44,021 bases of DNA from an uncultured Roseivirga sp. GTDB taxonomy: Bacteria; Bacteroidota; Bacteroidia; Cytophagales; Cyclobacteriaceae. A model generated the notes under the pieces. The model ran no database searches and was not told the origin of the DNA. It saw only the letters and a list, made by a program, of their open reading frames with translations. This document shows, piece by piece, positions 17,902 through 27,028 of the stretch. The stretch is taken from positions 1-44,021 of the forward strand of contig CAXBPM010000001.1 in the NCBI GenBank assembly GCA_963977345.1. The letters are read 5' to 3'. How positions within the stretch are numbered: position 1 is the first letter of the stretch; the number at the start of each line of letters is the position of its first letter. A program made the position numbers and the translations under genes.

Positions 17902-20900
17902 ATGAAGCGCTTTTTAAAAATTGTTATCGGAATATTTCTAGCCATCTTTCTATTGCTACTGCTGATTCCCGTCTTTTTCAAAGATAAAATCAGAGATAAA
18001 ATTGTGTCTGAGTTCGATAAAAATACGGAAGCCACTTTATTCTTTGATGTAGATAAATTCGGACTTTCGCTCATTAAGAATTTTCCAGATTTTACGGTAA
18101 GCCTTGGCGACTTTGGCATTATTGGTAAAGGTGTTTTTGAAGGAGATACGCTTGCCAGTGTGAAGAACCTGGAGGCGCAGATTAACTTGAAAGAAGTGCT
18201 TTTTGGTGATGCCATTACCATTAAAGGAGTAAGTCTGGAGTCTCCAGATATTACCATTATTGTTTTAGAAGACGGAACGGCCAACTATGACATAATGAAA
18301 GCTTCGACTGATATGGAAGAAGTAGCCACTCCTGAGTCTGAATCTTCTGTCGGCTTTGGAATCAGTAGCTTTTCCGTTTCAAATGGGGAGTTTATTTACT
18401 TCGATCAATCTTCTCAAGTTTTCACACGGCTTAGTGGAATTAACATTTCTGGGAAAGGCGATTTTGCAGAAGACATATTCGACTTGGTTTCTGAAGGCAA
18501 AGTAGACGCTGCCACATTTGCTTACGATGGAACCGAATATGTAACCAATAAATCGGTAACGATGGACTTGGTGATGAGCATGGACTTGCCCAACATGAAG
18601 TTCACTTTTAAAGAAAATGAATTCCTGATTAACGAATTTCCTTTAGCCGCCAATGGCTCATTTACCATGTTCGATGATGCTTATGGCATGGACCTTTCTT
18701 TTAGCTCGCCATCATCAGATTTCAAAAAAATATTCTCACTTATTCCCGGGGCTTACACCGAAAGCTTTAACGATGTGAAAGCAGCAGGTAATGTTTCGTT
18801 TAGTGGAATGGTGAAGGGCAGATATTCAGATACAGAAATGCCTGCATTCAATCTGAACTTGAATGTTGATGATGCCTCTGTTCAATACCCTGGTTTACCC
18901 GAAGCAATTAATAATATCCAAGTTGCCTTGAATGTAGATAACCCTGATGGAGTGATTGAAAACACTGTAATCGACTTGAAGAAAATGCATGTTGACTTTG
19001 GGAAGAACCCTTTTGATGCACGATTGAAAGTAGCTAACCTTAAGGATTATCCTATAGATGCTGACATTAAGGGTACGTTGAACCTGAAAGACCTTAATAG
19101 CATGTTGCCTATTGAAGGGCTTGTGCTAGACGGAATAATGACCTTGAATGCAAAGGCCAATGGTAAGTATGACAGCATACAATCTATCATTCCTACACTA
19201 GACATTACAATGAACCTCAAAGATGGATTGATAAAATCCACGGAGTTCCCTATTCCTCTTGAGAAAATCAATGTGATGGCCGAAGTACTCAACCCAACAG
19301 GCAAAATAAAGGATACTAAAATCAATGTTTCCAATATGGATTTCATGATGGATGGACAGCCTTTTCAGGCCAAGTTGATGCTTCAAAACCCGGATGACTT
19401 TGAATGGGATGCTACGGCAAAAGGAACGATTGACCTTGAGAAAATCTTTAAGATTTACCCAATGGAAGGTGTACAAGCTTCTGGAATCATTATGGCTGAT
19501 TTGAGTTCAAAAGGCCGAATGAGCGATATAGAGAATGAGCGTTATCAAAATTTGGATACTAAAGGGGAACTGAAAGTGACCAACCTTGTATATGCCGATG
19601 AAGCGATGGGCAAAACCTTTAAAGTATCTTCTGCAACCACCTCTTTTGATAAAAACAGCATTAACCTAAGCGAGCTAAAGGGTTCGGCTGGCGAAACCAA
19701 CTTTAGCGCTACGGGTAAAATTGAAAACTACTTAGGCTTTGCTTTGAACGAAGGAAAACTAAAAGGGAATCTGAATGCTGCAGCTGATGTGCTGAACGTA
19801 AACGAATGGATGACCGAATCGGATGAGGAAGTCGTTGACGAAACGGGTGAACCTATGCAGGTGGTTAGAATTCCTGAAAATGTGGAGTTCAACATGAACG
19901 CTTCGGTAAATAAAGTAATGTACAATAAGCTTGAGCTTAAAGAAGTGAATAGCGGTTTGGTAGTGAAGGACGGAAAGGTAGCCCTTGAAAATGCCAACAT
20001 GAAAACCCTTAATGGTACAGTTGGTTTACAAGGTTCTTACGACAGTAAACCAGAAAAACCACTCTTTGCTTTTGGGTTTAAAGTAAAAGAGATTTCAATT
20101 CCTCAGTCATTTCAGAGTATCGAGATGATCCAGAAATTAGCACCAATAGCCGAGAAGATGCAAGGTCTTTTGTCAACAGATTTTGCAATGGCGGGAGCAT
20201 TGGGCGCGGACATGATGCCTGACTATAGCACCTTATCTGGTAGTGGAGTATTGCAGTTGTTACAAGCCAGTTTAGACCAAGACTCAAAAATTGTTACGGG
20301 CCTAACCTCGCTTACTAAGCTTCAAAAACTTTCTACTTCAACTTTAGACAAAGTGAAAATGTCGGCAGAAATTAAAGATGGCCGACTTTTCGTGAAGCCT
20401 TTTGATGTGAAACTTGGTGATTATAAAACTACCATTGCGGGAAGTACGGGAATTGACGGTTCAATCGATTATGTTTTAGGAATGGATGTTGATGCCGGCC
20501 AAATTGGAGCTCAGTTGAATAGTTTAGTTTCCCAAATCACGGGTAGTTCGGCTGCTTCAAGCAGTACTATGAGATTGAACATTGGAATGAGTGGCACCTA
20601 TGCTAAGCCTGAATTCGGACTTAGAAGTGTAAGCAACAGTGACGGTACTGACGTCAAAAGCGCAGTAACGGCTTCTGTAAAAGCTAAAGTAGACGAAAAG
20701 AAGGAAGAGGTGAAGCAAGAAGTTCAGGCCAAGGTTGATCAAGCGAAAGACTCAGCAAGCCTAGTCTTGGATGCGAAGAAAACGGAGCTTAAGTCTAAAG
20801 CCGATTCATTATTAAAGTCCCAAACCGACAGTGTTGCGCTCAAATTGGCGGGTAAATTAGGGGTAAAAAAGGATACTACTGACCAAAAGCTTGAAGACGC

Positions 20901-20967
20901 AAAGAAGAAAGCCGAAAGCGTATTGAAAGGCTTACTGAAAAAGAAAAAGGGCGGTGGAGGCAACTAG
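17902..20967 (+). CDS. AsmA family protein
   Basis: N-terminal membrane anchor; LSLIKNFPDF and GTANYDI motifs; long beta-rich body; AsmA-like C-terminus (DGRLFVKPFD...GSTGIDGSIDY); Lys-rich helical tail. Confidence 0.88.
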   Translation: MKRFLKIVIGIFLAIFLLLLLIPVFFKDKIRDKIVSEFDKNTEATLFFDVDKFGLSLIKNFPDFTVSLGDFGIIGKGVFEGDTLASVKNLEAQINLKEVLFGDAITIKGVSLESPDITIIVLEDGTANYDIMKASTDMEEVATPESESSVGFGISSFSVSNGEFIYFDQSSQVFTRLSGINISGKGDFAEDIFDLVSEGKVDAATFAYDGTEYVTNKSVTMDLVMSMDLPNMKFTFKENEFLINEFPLAANGSFTMFDDAYGMDLSFSSPSSDFKKIFSLIPGAYTESFNDVKAAGNVSFSGMVKGRYSDTEMPAFNLNLNVDDASVQYPGLPEAINNIQVALNVDNPDGVIENTVIDLKKMHVDFGKNPFDARLKVANLKDYPIDADIKGTLNLKDLNSMLPIEGLVLDGIMTLNAKANGKYDSIQSIIPTLDITMNLKDGLIKSTEFPIPLEKINVMAEVLNPTGKIKDTKINVSNMDFMMDGQPFQAKLMLQNPDDFEWDATAKGTIDLEKIFKIYPMEGVQASGIIMADLSSKGRMSDIENERYQNLDTKGELKVTNLVYADEAMGKTFKVSSATTSFDKNSINLSELKGSAGETNFSATGKIENYLGFALNEGKLKGNLNAAADVLNVNEWMTESDEEVVDETGEPMQVVRIPENVEFNMNASVNKVMYNKLELKEVNSGLVVKDGKVALENANMKTLNGTVGLQGSYDSKPEKPLFAFGFKVKEISIPQSFQSIEMIQKLAPIAEKMQGLLSTDFAMAGALGADMMPDYSTLSGSGVLQLLQASLDQDSKIVTGLTSLTKLQKLSTSTLDKVKMSAEIKDGRLFVKPFDVKLGDYKTTIAGSTGIDGSIDYVLGMDVDAGQIGAQLNSLVSQITGSSAASSSTMRLNIGMSGTYAKPEFGLRSVSNSDGTDVKSAVTASVKAKVDEKKEEVKQEVQAKVDQAKDSASLVLDAKKTELKSKADSLLKSQTDSVALKLAGKLGVKKDTTDQKLEDAKKKAESVLKGLLKKKKGGGGN

Positions 20968-21016
20968 AAGTAATTTCTGAAGCCAACTGTAACATTTTAC
21001 TCAATTAAGTCATCTT

Positions 21017-21055
21017 AACAATAAGTCGCTCGAAATACGGGTGACTTATTGTTTT
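21017..21055 (+). terminator. Intrinsic terminator after the AsmA-family gene
   Basis: AACAATAAGTCGCTCG-AAATA-CGGGTGACTTATTGTT is a 16-bp stem with two G-U pairs, ending in Ts. Confidence 0.75.
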
Positions 21056-21130
21056 AGATACACAAAATTAATAATCTGATAAACAGCAGATTAAGTTGCG
21101 TGTTTCGTAATTGATTAAAATTGCATTCAA

Positions 21131-21352
21131 ATGAAAGCACAACCCCACATCGACTTAGGCACTGGATATATTCAGGTTTCTAGGTTACCTTTTGATCAAG
21201 TTTTCAAGCTTCGTGAATGGTTACCACAAACGAGCTTTGTTAGACTCAATTTGGCGGATCAGGTTTTAGAAGACTGTATTCAATATTCAGAATATGAGTA
21301 TTGGTTCGATTTCCAATATTCTGGAATTCATGAATTAGAATACGAGATTTAA
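21131..21352 (+). CDS. Small acidic hypothetical protein (73 aa)
   Basis: ATG ORF filling the gap between the terminator and the convergent VOC gene; protein-like composition (DCIQYSEYEYWFDF). Confidence 0.75.
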   Translation: MKAQPHIDLGTGYIQVSRLPFDQVFKLREWLPQTSFVRLNLADQVLEDCIQYSEYEYWFDFQYSGIHELEYEI

Positions 21353-21750
21353 TTATCCCAAAGTTCGTTCGGAACAATTTCTAGAACATTGCCATCTGGA
21401 TCTTCAAAGTAAAGAGAGTATATGTTTTCTCGCCAATGGTGTTCATAGGTAATGGGAATGCGTAAATCTATCAGCTTCTTCTTCCAGTCTTCGTATTCTT
21501 TCAGGGGAATCCCAAAGGCCATATGCTGTTTGCCTTTGGCAAAATGAGGCGGTAAAGTCTCTTCCATTTCACTCACTTCAGGCAGAAAGCAGAGCAGCAT
21601 ACAGTTTCCTACTTTAAAAAATATATGTCGTCCATCGACTTTCGCAACGATCGACAGTCCAAGTCTGGAGTGGTAAAAATGCGCTGTCTTGTTTAGATCG
21701 GAAACATAGAGGCAGGTTTCTTTGATATGGGATAGATGTAAAGCAGCCAT
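21349..21750 (-). CDS. VOC/glyoxalase family protein
   Basis: ETCLYVSDL...FY...LGL, QHMAF and SLYFEDPDGNVLEI. Confidence 0.92.
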   Translation of the reverse strand: MAALHLSHIKETCLYVSDLNKTAHFYHSRLGLSIVAKVDGRHIFFKVGNCMLLCFLPEVSEMEETLPPHFAKGKQHMAFGIPLKEYEDWKKKLIDLRIPITYEHHWRENIYSLYFEDPDGNVLEIVPNELWDN

Positions 21751-21755
21751 TTGGC

Positions 21756-22262
21756 CTATTTTTTCCAGCCTTTAGCGGCCAATTCTTCTACGCTACGCTC
21801 TACTTTTTCGCGCATTTCAGTTTTGTAGTTGATCAGGTTATCTGCTACTTTTTGGTTAAAAGTACCCACGATTTGAGCGGCTAAAATACCTGCATTCTTT
21901 GCGCCATCAAGGGCGACAGTCGCTACCGGCACGCCTCCAGGCATTTGTAAAATTGAAAGAACAGAATCCCAACCATCGATAGAGTTACTCGATTTAACAG
22001 GCACGCCAATTACAGGCAATGTAGTTAAGGACGCCACCATTCCCGGCAAATGAGCCGCACCACCTGCCCCAGCGATAATTACCTTAAGCCCTTTGTCAAT
22101 GGCTTGTTCGGCATAATCTACCATTCTATGTGGTGTTCGGTGCGCAGAAACTATGGTTACCTCAAAAGGAACACCCAATTCTTCTAAAACAGAAGCCGCA
22201 TCAGACATTACACGCAAATCTGACTGACTACCCATTATGATTCCTACTAGTGCCTTGCTCAT
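21756..22262 (-). CDS. purE: N5-CAIR mutase
   Basis: IIMGSQSD, SAHRTP, AGAGGAAHLPGMVA and QMPGGVPVATV. Confidence 0.98.
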   Translation of the reverse strand: MSKALVGIIMGSQSDLRVMSDAASVLEELGVPFEVTIVSAHRTPHRMVDYAEQAIDKGLKVIIAGAGGAAHLPGMVASLTTLPVIGVPVKSSNSIDGWDSVLSILQMPGGVPVATVALDGAKNAGILAAQIVGTFNQKVADNLINYKTEMREKVERSVEELAAKGWKK

Positions 22263-23398
22263 GCTTTTATTTTTAATTCTGCTTTTACGAAATTAACTTT
22301 TTCCTTCAAACCATCTATGTTGCTCGCGGTAATCGTAGCGTGCCCCATTTTACGGTGAGGTTTGGTAATTTTTTTGCCATAAAGGTGTACGTGAATGCCT
22401 TCTTGGCCGAGTACATTTTCCATTCCTTCATATTTGGCAGGTCCTTCAAAGCCATCTTCGCCTAAAAGGTTAACCATTGCGGCTGGTTGAACAATTTTAG
22501 TGCTGCCCAAAGGCAAGTTTAAAATCGCTCTTAAATGCTGTTCAAATTGAGAGGTTTCGTTACCTTCAATGGTTTGGTGGCCACTATTGTGAGTTCTTGG
22601 CGCTACTTCGTTTACCAATATTTCTCCTTCTTTTGTCAAGAACATTTCAATGGCCAATAAACCGACCATGTTGAGTTTAGTGATTAGCGTTTTGGCAATT
22701 TCTTGGGCTTTATCCTCAACGCTCTTGCTTACTATTGCGGGTGAAAAGAGGTATTCCACTAGATTCAATTCAGGGTGAAAAACCATTTCAACTGTTGGGA
22801 AACAGGTGACCTCGCCTTTTTCATTTCTGGCAGCAATCACGGCTATTTCTTTTTCGAAAGGAATAAGTTTTTCCACAAAACCTGGGGCATCGAAAGCTTT
22901 GCTGAAGCCCTCTTCGGTGCGAATGACTTGAACCCCACGTCCATCATAACCTCCTGTGGCCAGTTTGTTTACAAATGGAAGAAAGTCTTTATGTTTTGCG
23001 ACATCTTCTTTCGTCTGGGTTTCAATAAAATCGGCCGTGGGTATGCCATTTTCTTTATAAAATCTTTTCTGAAGTGTCTTATTTTGAATCAACTCAATTA
23101 CCTCAGGCTGTGGAAATACCTTTTTCCCTTCCTTAACCAATTGCTTTAGGGCATCGGTATTTACGTTTTCAATTTCAATGGTAATTACATCTTTGTCTTT
23201 ACCAAAATTGTAAACCGTGTCGAAGTCGGTGAGTTTTCCGTGTGTAAATGAGGCCGCAATCTCTTTACAAGGTGCGTTAGCATCAGGGTCTAATACGTGC
23301 ACATTAAAGTTGAAATCTATGGCCGACTGAATCATCATTCTACCCAGTTGACCTCCTCCTAAAACTCCTATTTTGAAATTAGAATCAAATACCGACAT
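22259..23398 (-). CDS. purK: N5-CAIR synthase
   Basis: GGGQLGRM, GYDGRG, NEVAPRTHNSGH, SQFEQH and RKMGH. Start moved to the ATG at 23398 because a promoter element lies at 23422-23429. Confidence 0.97.
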   Translation of the reverse strand: MSVFDSNFKIGVLGGGQLGRMMIQSAIDFNFNVHVLDPDANAPCKEIAASFTHGKLTDFDTVYNFGKDKDVITIEIENVNTDALKQLVKEGKKVFPQPEVIELIQNKTLQKRFYKENGIPTADFIETQTKEDVAKHKDFLPFVNKLATGGYDGRGVQVIRTEEGFSKAFDAPGFVEKLIPFEKEIAVIAARNEKGEVTCFPTVEMVFHPELNLVEYLFSPAIVSKSVEDKAQEIAKTLITKLNMVGLLAIEMFLTKEGEILVNEVAPRTHNSGHQTIEGNETSQFEQHLRAILNLPLGSTKIVQPAAMVNLLGEDGFEGPAKYEGMENVLGQEGIHVHLYGKKITKPHRKMGHATITASNIDGLKEKVNFVKAELKIKA

Positions 23399-23421
23399 GC
23401 TTGTTTTTAATGGAATGCGGG

Positions 23422-23429
23422 CAAATTTA
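23422..23429 (-). promoter_or_regulatory. Bacteroidota -7 promoter element for purK-purE-VOC
   Basis: Minus strand reads TAAATTTG, overlapping the stop codon of the upstream gene. Confidence 0.65.
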
Positions 23430-25214
23430 GTCAATAATTTCTATTCCCATTTTTTGCATCAGCTTAGTTGCGTTAAAGCTTTTACAAAGGCCTGGGGTTA
23501 GCGTATAATCGAAGATGATATCGTCATTCTCAATCACACTATTGAAACTGTAGTTTTTAATGCCGTTTAGTTCTGTAGTTATTTTGCCTAGCGTCAGGTC
23601 ATGTGTGGAAACAAAACCAAAAGCGTAAGATTTATTCAATTGTCTGATCAAGGCACTGGCGCCAGTGTGCCTGTCCTCTGAATTGGTTCCTTTCAGAACT
23701 TCATCTATCATAAATAGCGTAGGAATTTCTGGATTGATAGAGCCTAGAAGCTGCTTCAGTCTTTTCAATTCTGCATAAAAAGAAGAAACGCTTTCCTCCA
23801 AATCATCTTGAGTACGCATGCTGGTAAACACCTGAAGTTTGGAAATATTCATGGATTCGGCACAAACCGGAGCCCCCATAAGCGCCATAATTGAATTCAC
23901 TCCTACTGTTCTTAAGAATGTACTTTTTCCACTCATGTTCGAGCCTGTGATCAAGCAGATTCCACCTTTACCAGAGAAATCAAAATCATTACTCACCCTC
24001 TTTTTAGCGTTGAGCATTGGGTGGCCCATTTGCGTTGCCTTAATTACGAAGGGTTCCGTTTCTATGGTTGGGAAAACAGCCGTTGGATTTGAAAAGTAGA
24101 ATGCACCAAGGCTATTCACAGCTTCAATTTCTCCAATGGCCTCAAACCATGACTGTACATCTTCCTTGGTCTTTTGCCTCCATTTTTCAGCCTGTATCAA
24201 CCAATATACATCTAGGATAAAGAGCATATTGAATATCTGGTACATCATGTTAGCACGGTTGTGCAGATTATCCAAAATGGACTGAAGTTGGTTGATGACC
24301 ACAGAAGCGTCTTTACCATCTGTTTGAAGTTTCCCTTTCAAGTCTTTCATCAAAGGTGATGTCAGTTCTTGCTTTTCAATCCAAGTAATTTGGGACTCGT
24401 ATGCCTTTAATATTTTATTGCTGAAAACCGTTTTCTGAAATACATCACCTGCATATTTAAACACAGTAGCTAAAACCCCAATATTAATAAACACAGCCAG
24501 AATGGGAAGCCCAATTGGGGATACTCCAATAGAAGCAAGCACAATGCATGTGAGAGTAAACAGTGGAAAAAGGAAAATGGCTAATTTGTAAAATGTTTTT
24601 GTCAACAGAACATTGGGCTCTTTTATCCAAGAAAGTAGCGGTTCAATATTCGCCTTTTCTTCATTGAAAGCCCTGCCGCTTGCCTGAATGTTTTGTCTCC
24701 AATCAATTAAAGGAGCGACTTCTTTTGATGCTTCTTGCCTCATAAGAATTTCCTTCTTATCGGCAGGAGTACTCAACCATTTCGCCATGGTCTCTCTGCC
24801 AAAGGCAGTAGAGGCTCTATTGATTAACTGAAAAATGGAATGTCTACCAAAGACGTCAAGGTCAATATGGTATTCGTGTAGTGGATTGATGAACTCAGCC
24901 CCATCATCTAATGTGGAAAGTTTCATTTCTAATCTCTGCAACTCTTCTTTATTTACTTTAAGTAAGGCTTCTGTAAAGTCGAGTTGTTTCTTTACGGCAA
25001 CATGTTTTTTAAGTAAGTAGAAAAAGAGCAGAATAAAACCAATGACTGTTGCGGTTATTCCCTCTGTTATTTTTGCGTTTGCAAAAAGTGTAATTAAGAT
25101 GATTGCTACAAAAAATGAAGAGACTCTAAGCCATGCCAGTGAAAGGGACCTTTTTTTTAGGTCATTAAGGCTATGTTCAAATTGCTCTGCCCTTTCTTTA
25201 AAAAGTTTTTCCAT
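23427..25214 (-). CDS. Membrane-anchored MutS-related ATPase (MutS domain V only)
   Basis: Hydrophobic helices; DLDVFGRHSIFQ; Walker A GSNMSGKST; SSFYAEL; DEVLKGTN; STHDL. Likely start MEKLF at 25214 (ORF track extends to 25262). Confidence 0.9.
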   Translation of the reverse strand: MEKLFKERAEQFEHSLNDLKKRSLSLAWLRVSSFFVAIILITLFANAKITEGITATVIGFILLFFYLLKKHVAVKKQLDFTEALLKVNKEELQRLEMKLSTLDDGAEFINPLHEYHIDLDVFGRHSIFQLINRASTAFGRETMAKWLSTPADKKEILMRQEASKEVAPLIDWRQNIQASGRAFNEEKANIEPLLSWIKEPNVLLTKTFYKLAIFLFPLFTLTCIVLASIGVSPIGLPILAVFINIGVLATVFKYAGDVFQKTVFSNKILKAYESQITWIEKQELTSPLMKDLKGKLQTDGKDASVVINQLQSILDNLHNRANMMYQIFNMLFILDVYWLIQAEKWRQKTKEDVQSWFEAIGEIEAVNSLGAFYFSNPTAVFPTIETEPFVIKATQMGHPMLNAKKRVSNDFDFSGKGGICLITGSNMSGKSTFLRTVGVNSIMALMGAPVCAESMNISKLQVFTSMRTQDDLEESVSSFYAELKRLKQLLGSINPEIPTLFMIDEVLKGTNSEDRHTGASALIRQLNKSYAFGFVSTHDLTLGKITTELNGIKNYSFNSVIENDDIIFDYTLTPGLCKSFNATKLMQKMGIEIID

Positions 25215-25419
25215 TTCGTTAATAAGAGATTTAAGTGCGGCTCTGGATAAGATGAAGGGCATAAAAAACCATTCTTACCATTAAGGCGTATTTAGGTTCA
25301 AACATAGACACCACAACTTACACTTCTACCAAAAATGTCAATTAATTAGTATGAGAACACGTAAATTCATTGGAATATGTTTTTTCTTTTTATCTTCAAC
25401 GCTGCTGAAATCATAAAGA

Positions 25420-25992
25420 GTGTCGTTAAACGAAAATCAACTTCTTGCTGCATTTGCCAAAGGCGATAGACGCGCTTTCGAGCATTTATTCAAAGAACAT
25501 TACAATGGCGCTTGCCGGTATGTTTTTAGAATACTGCGTGATGAAGATACTTGCGAAGAAGTTGTGCAGAGCACTTTCGTAAACCTTTGGGAAAAGCGAG
25601 AGATGATTCGAGAGGACATCAATTTTAAATCATACTTGTTTAGAGCTGCTTACAATACCGCGCTTAATTACATTAAGCACGAAAAGGTGGTGAATAAGTA
25701 TGTAAACAATAAGCAAGACTCTATTGAAATCAGCATGCAAAGCTATGTGAGTCATCAACCTGATTTTGAATTGCAAAAACGAATTGAAAACGCACTTGAT
25801 AGCTTACCTCCCCAATGTCAGAAGGTTTTCAGAATGAGTAGGGAGGAAGGGTTAAAGTATCATGAAATTGCAGAGGAATTACAGATATCTAAAAAGACGG
25901 TTGAAGTGCATATGGGTAAGGCGCTTAAAATTTTAAGGAACCATCTTCAGGATTATCTAGTTTTTTTTCTGCCTTTAGTGGTTTTGTTATAG
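25420..25992 (+). CDS. ECF RNA polymerase sigma-70 factor (Bacteroidota FecI-like)
   Basis: AFEHLF, EEVVQSTFVNLW, KSYLFRAAYN and LPPQCQKVFRMSREEGLKYHEIAEELQISKKTVE. Confidence 0.96.
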   Translation: MSLNENQLLAAFAKGDRRAFEHLFKEHYNGACRYVFRILRDEDTCEEVVQSTFVNLWEKREMIREDINFKSYLFRAAYNTALNYIKHEKVVNKYVNNKQDSIEISMQSYVSHQPDFELQKRIENALDSLPPQCQKVFRMSREEGLKYHEIAEELQISKKTVEVHMGKALKILRNHLQDYLVFFLPLVVLL

Positions 25993-26039
25993 GGGAATAA
26001 ATTGTCAGGGTTGTTACATTAACTGACAGAAAGAAGGAA

Positions 26040-27020
26040 ATGATGGAAGAGTTAATGGCCAAATATTTGGCCGATGAACTAAATGCTAGCGAACGAGCCA
26101 ATTTTGAGTCTCAATTGATTCAAGATAAACAGCTTAGACTCGATTTAGAGGCTTATGCTAATGTGCTTGATTTAACGAGCAACGAGGATGATAAAATTTT
26201 CGATGCTAATTCCGCTTGGAATAGAGTGAACAAACGCACGAATGAAACTAAGGTTGTTGAAATTGAAAAGGGCAGATTTAGCTTTTTAAAGATTGCTGCT
26301 TCTCTATTGGTATTATCAGTTGCAGGATATTTTATCTATAACTCCACAAATACTACAGAGGAGGAAGGTACTGAGTTAGCTTCAGTAGCGCATGGAATCA
26401 AAGAATTTACACTGCCTGATGGGTCGTTAGTGAAACTAAACGCGAATGCTAAACTTACCTTATCTAAGAATTTTGGAGATAGCAATCGTAATGTGATCTT
26501 AAAAGGAGAGGCAAATTTTGAGATCGTTCGAAATGAAGAGATGCCGTTCATAATTGAAGCAGGAAATAGTACAGTAAAAGTTTTGGGAACTAGCTTTAAT
26601 TTAACCACCGATGCTGAGGATGGTGTGGAACTAGACGTTACTGAGGGCTTGGTTGAGTTTTCTTCAACAATTACTGGAGCAAAAGAGCATGTAGCCAAAG
26701 GGCAAAGTGCAAAACTGGATAAATCGGGAAAAATTCTTCAGAAGAATGAAATGAAGGACGCTAACTTTAGCGGTTGGTGGACAAGAAAACTAGAATACGA
26801 TGCCACTCCCCTAAGTGAAGTATTCAAAGATTTAGAAGACACCTATTGGGTAGAAATTGACTACAATGAGGCAATTGGCTCTTGTCCTCTTACTACAACT
26901 TTTCAAGGAGCCGCAATCGAGGACGTAATTAAGACGATTGTAGCCACTTTTACTGAAGTAAAACTCATCTCTCTTAAAGAAAATCAAATAAAATTAGACG
27001 GAAAGCCCTGCGATCATTAA
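26040..27020 (+). CDS. FecR-family anti-sigma factor
   Basis: N-terminal anti-sigma domain; one TM helix (LKIAASLLVL); LPDGSLVKLN, GEANFEI, VKVLGTSFN and VTEGLV; C-terminal TPLSEVFKDLEDTY domain. Confidence 0.95.
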   Translation: MMEELMAKYLADELNASERANFESQLIQDKQLRLDLEAYANVLDLTSNEDDKIFDANSAWNRVNKRTNETKVVEIEKGRFSFLKIAASLLVLSVAGYFIYNSTNTTEEEGTELASVAHGIKEFTLPDGSLVKLNANAKLTLSKNFGDSNRNVILKGEANFEIVRNEEMPFIIEAGNSTVKVLGTSFNLTTDAEDGVELDVTEGLVEFSSTITGAKEHVAKGQSAKLDKSGKILQKNEMKDANFSGWWTRKLEYDATPLSEVFKDLEDTYWVEIDYNEAIGSCPLTTTFQGAAIEDVIKTIVATFTEVKLISLKENQIKLDGKPCDH

Positions 27021-27028
27021 ATTGGTAC

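Noticed and set aside
23399-23434. 12-codon N-terminal extension of PurK
   Set aside because: It overlaps a consensus -7 promoter element; the ATG at 23398 fits better.
23427-25214. Calling this gene mutS (mismatch repair) or an anti-phage ATPase
   Set aside because: It lacks the mismatch-binding domain, and no nuclease or defence partner is adjacent.
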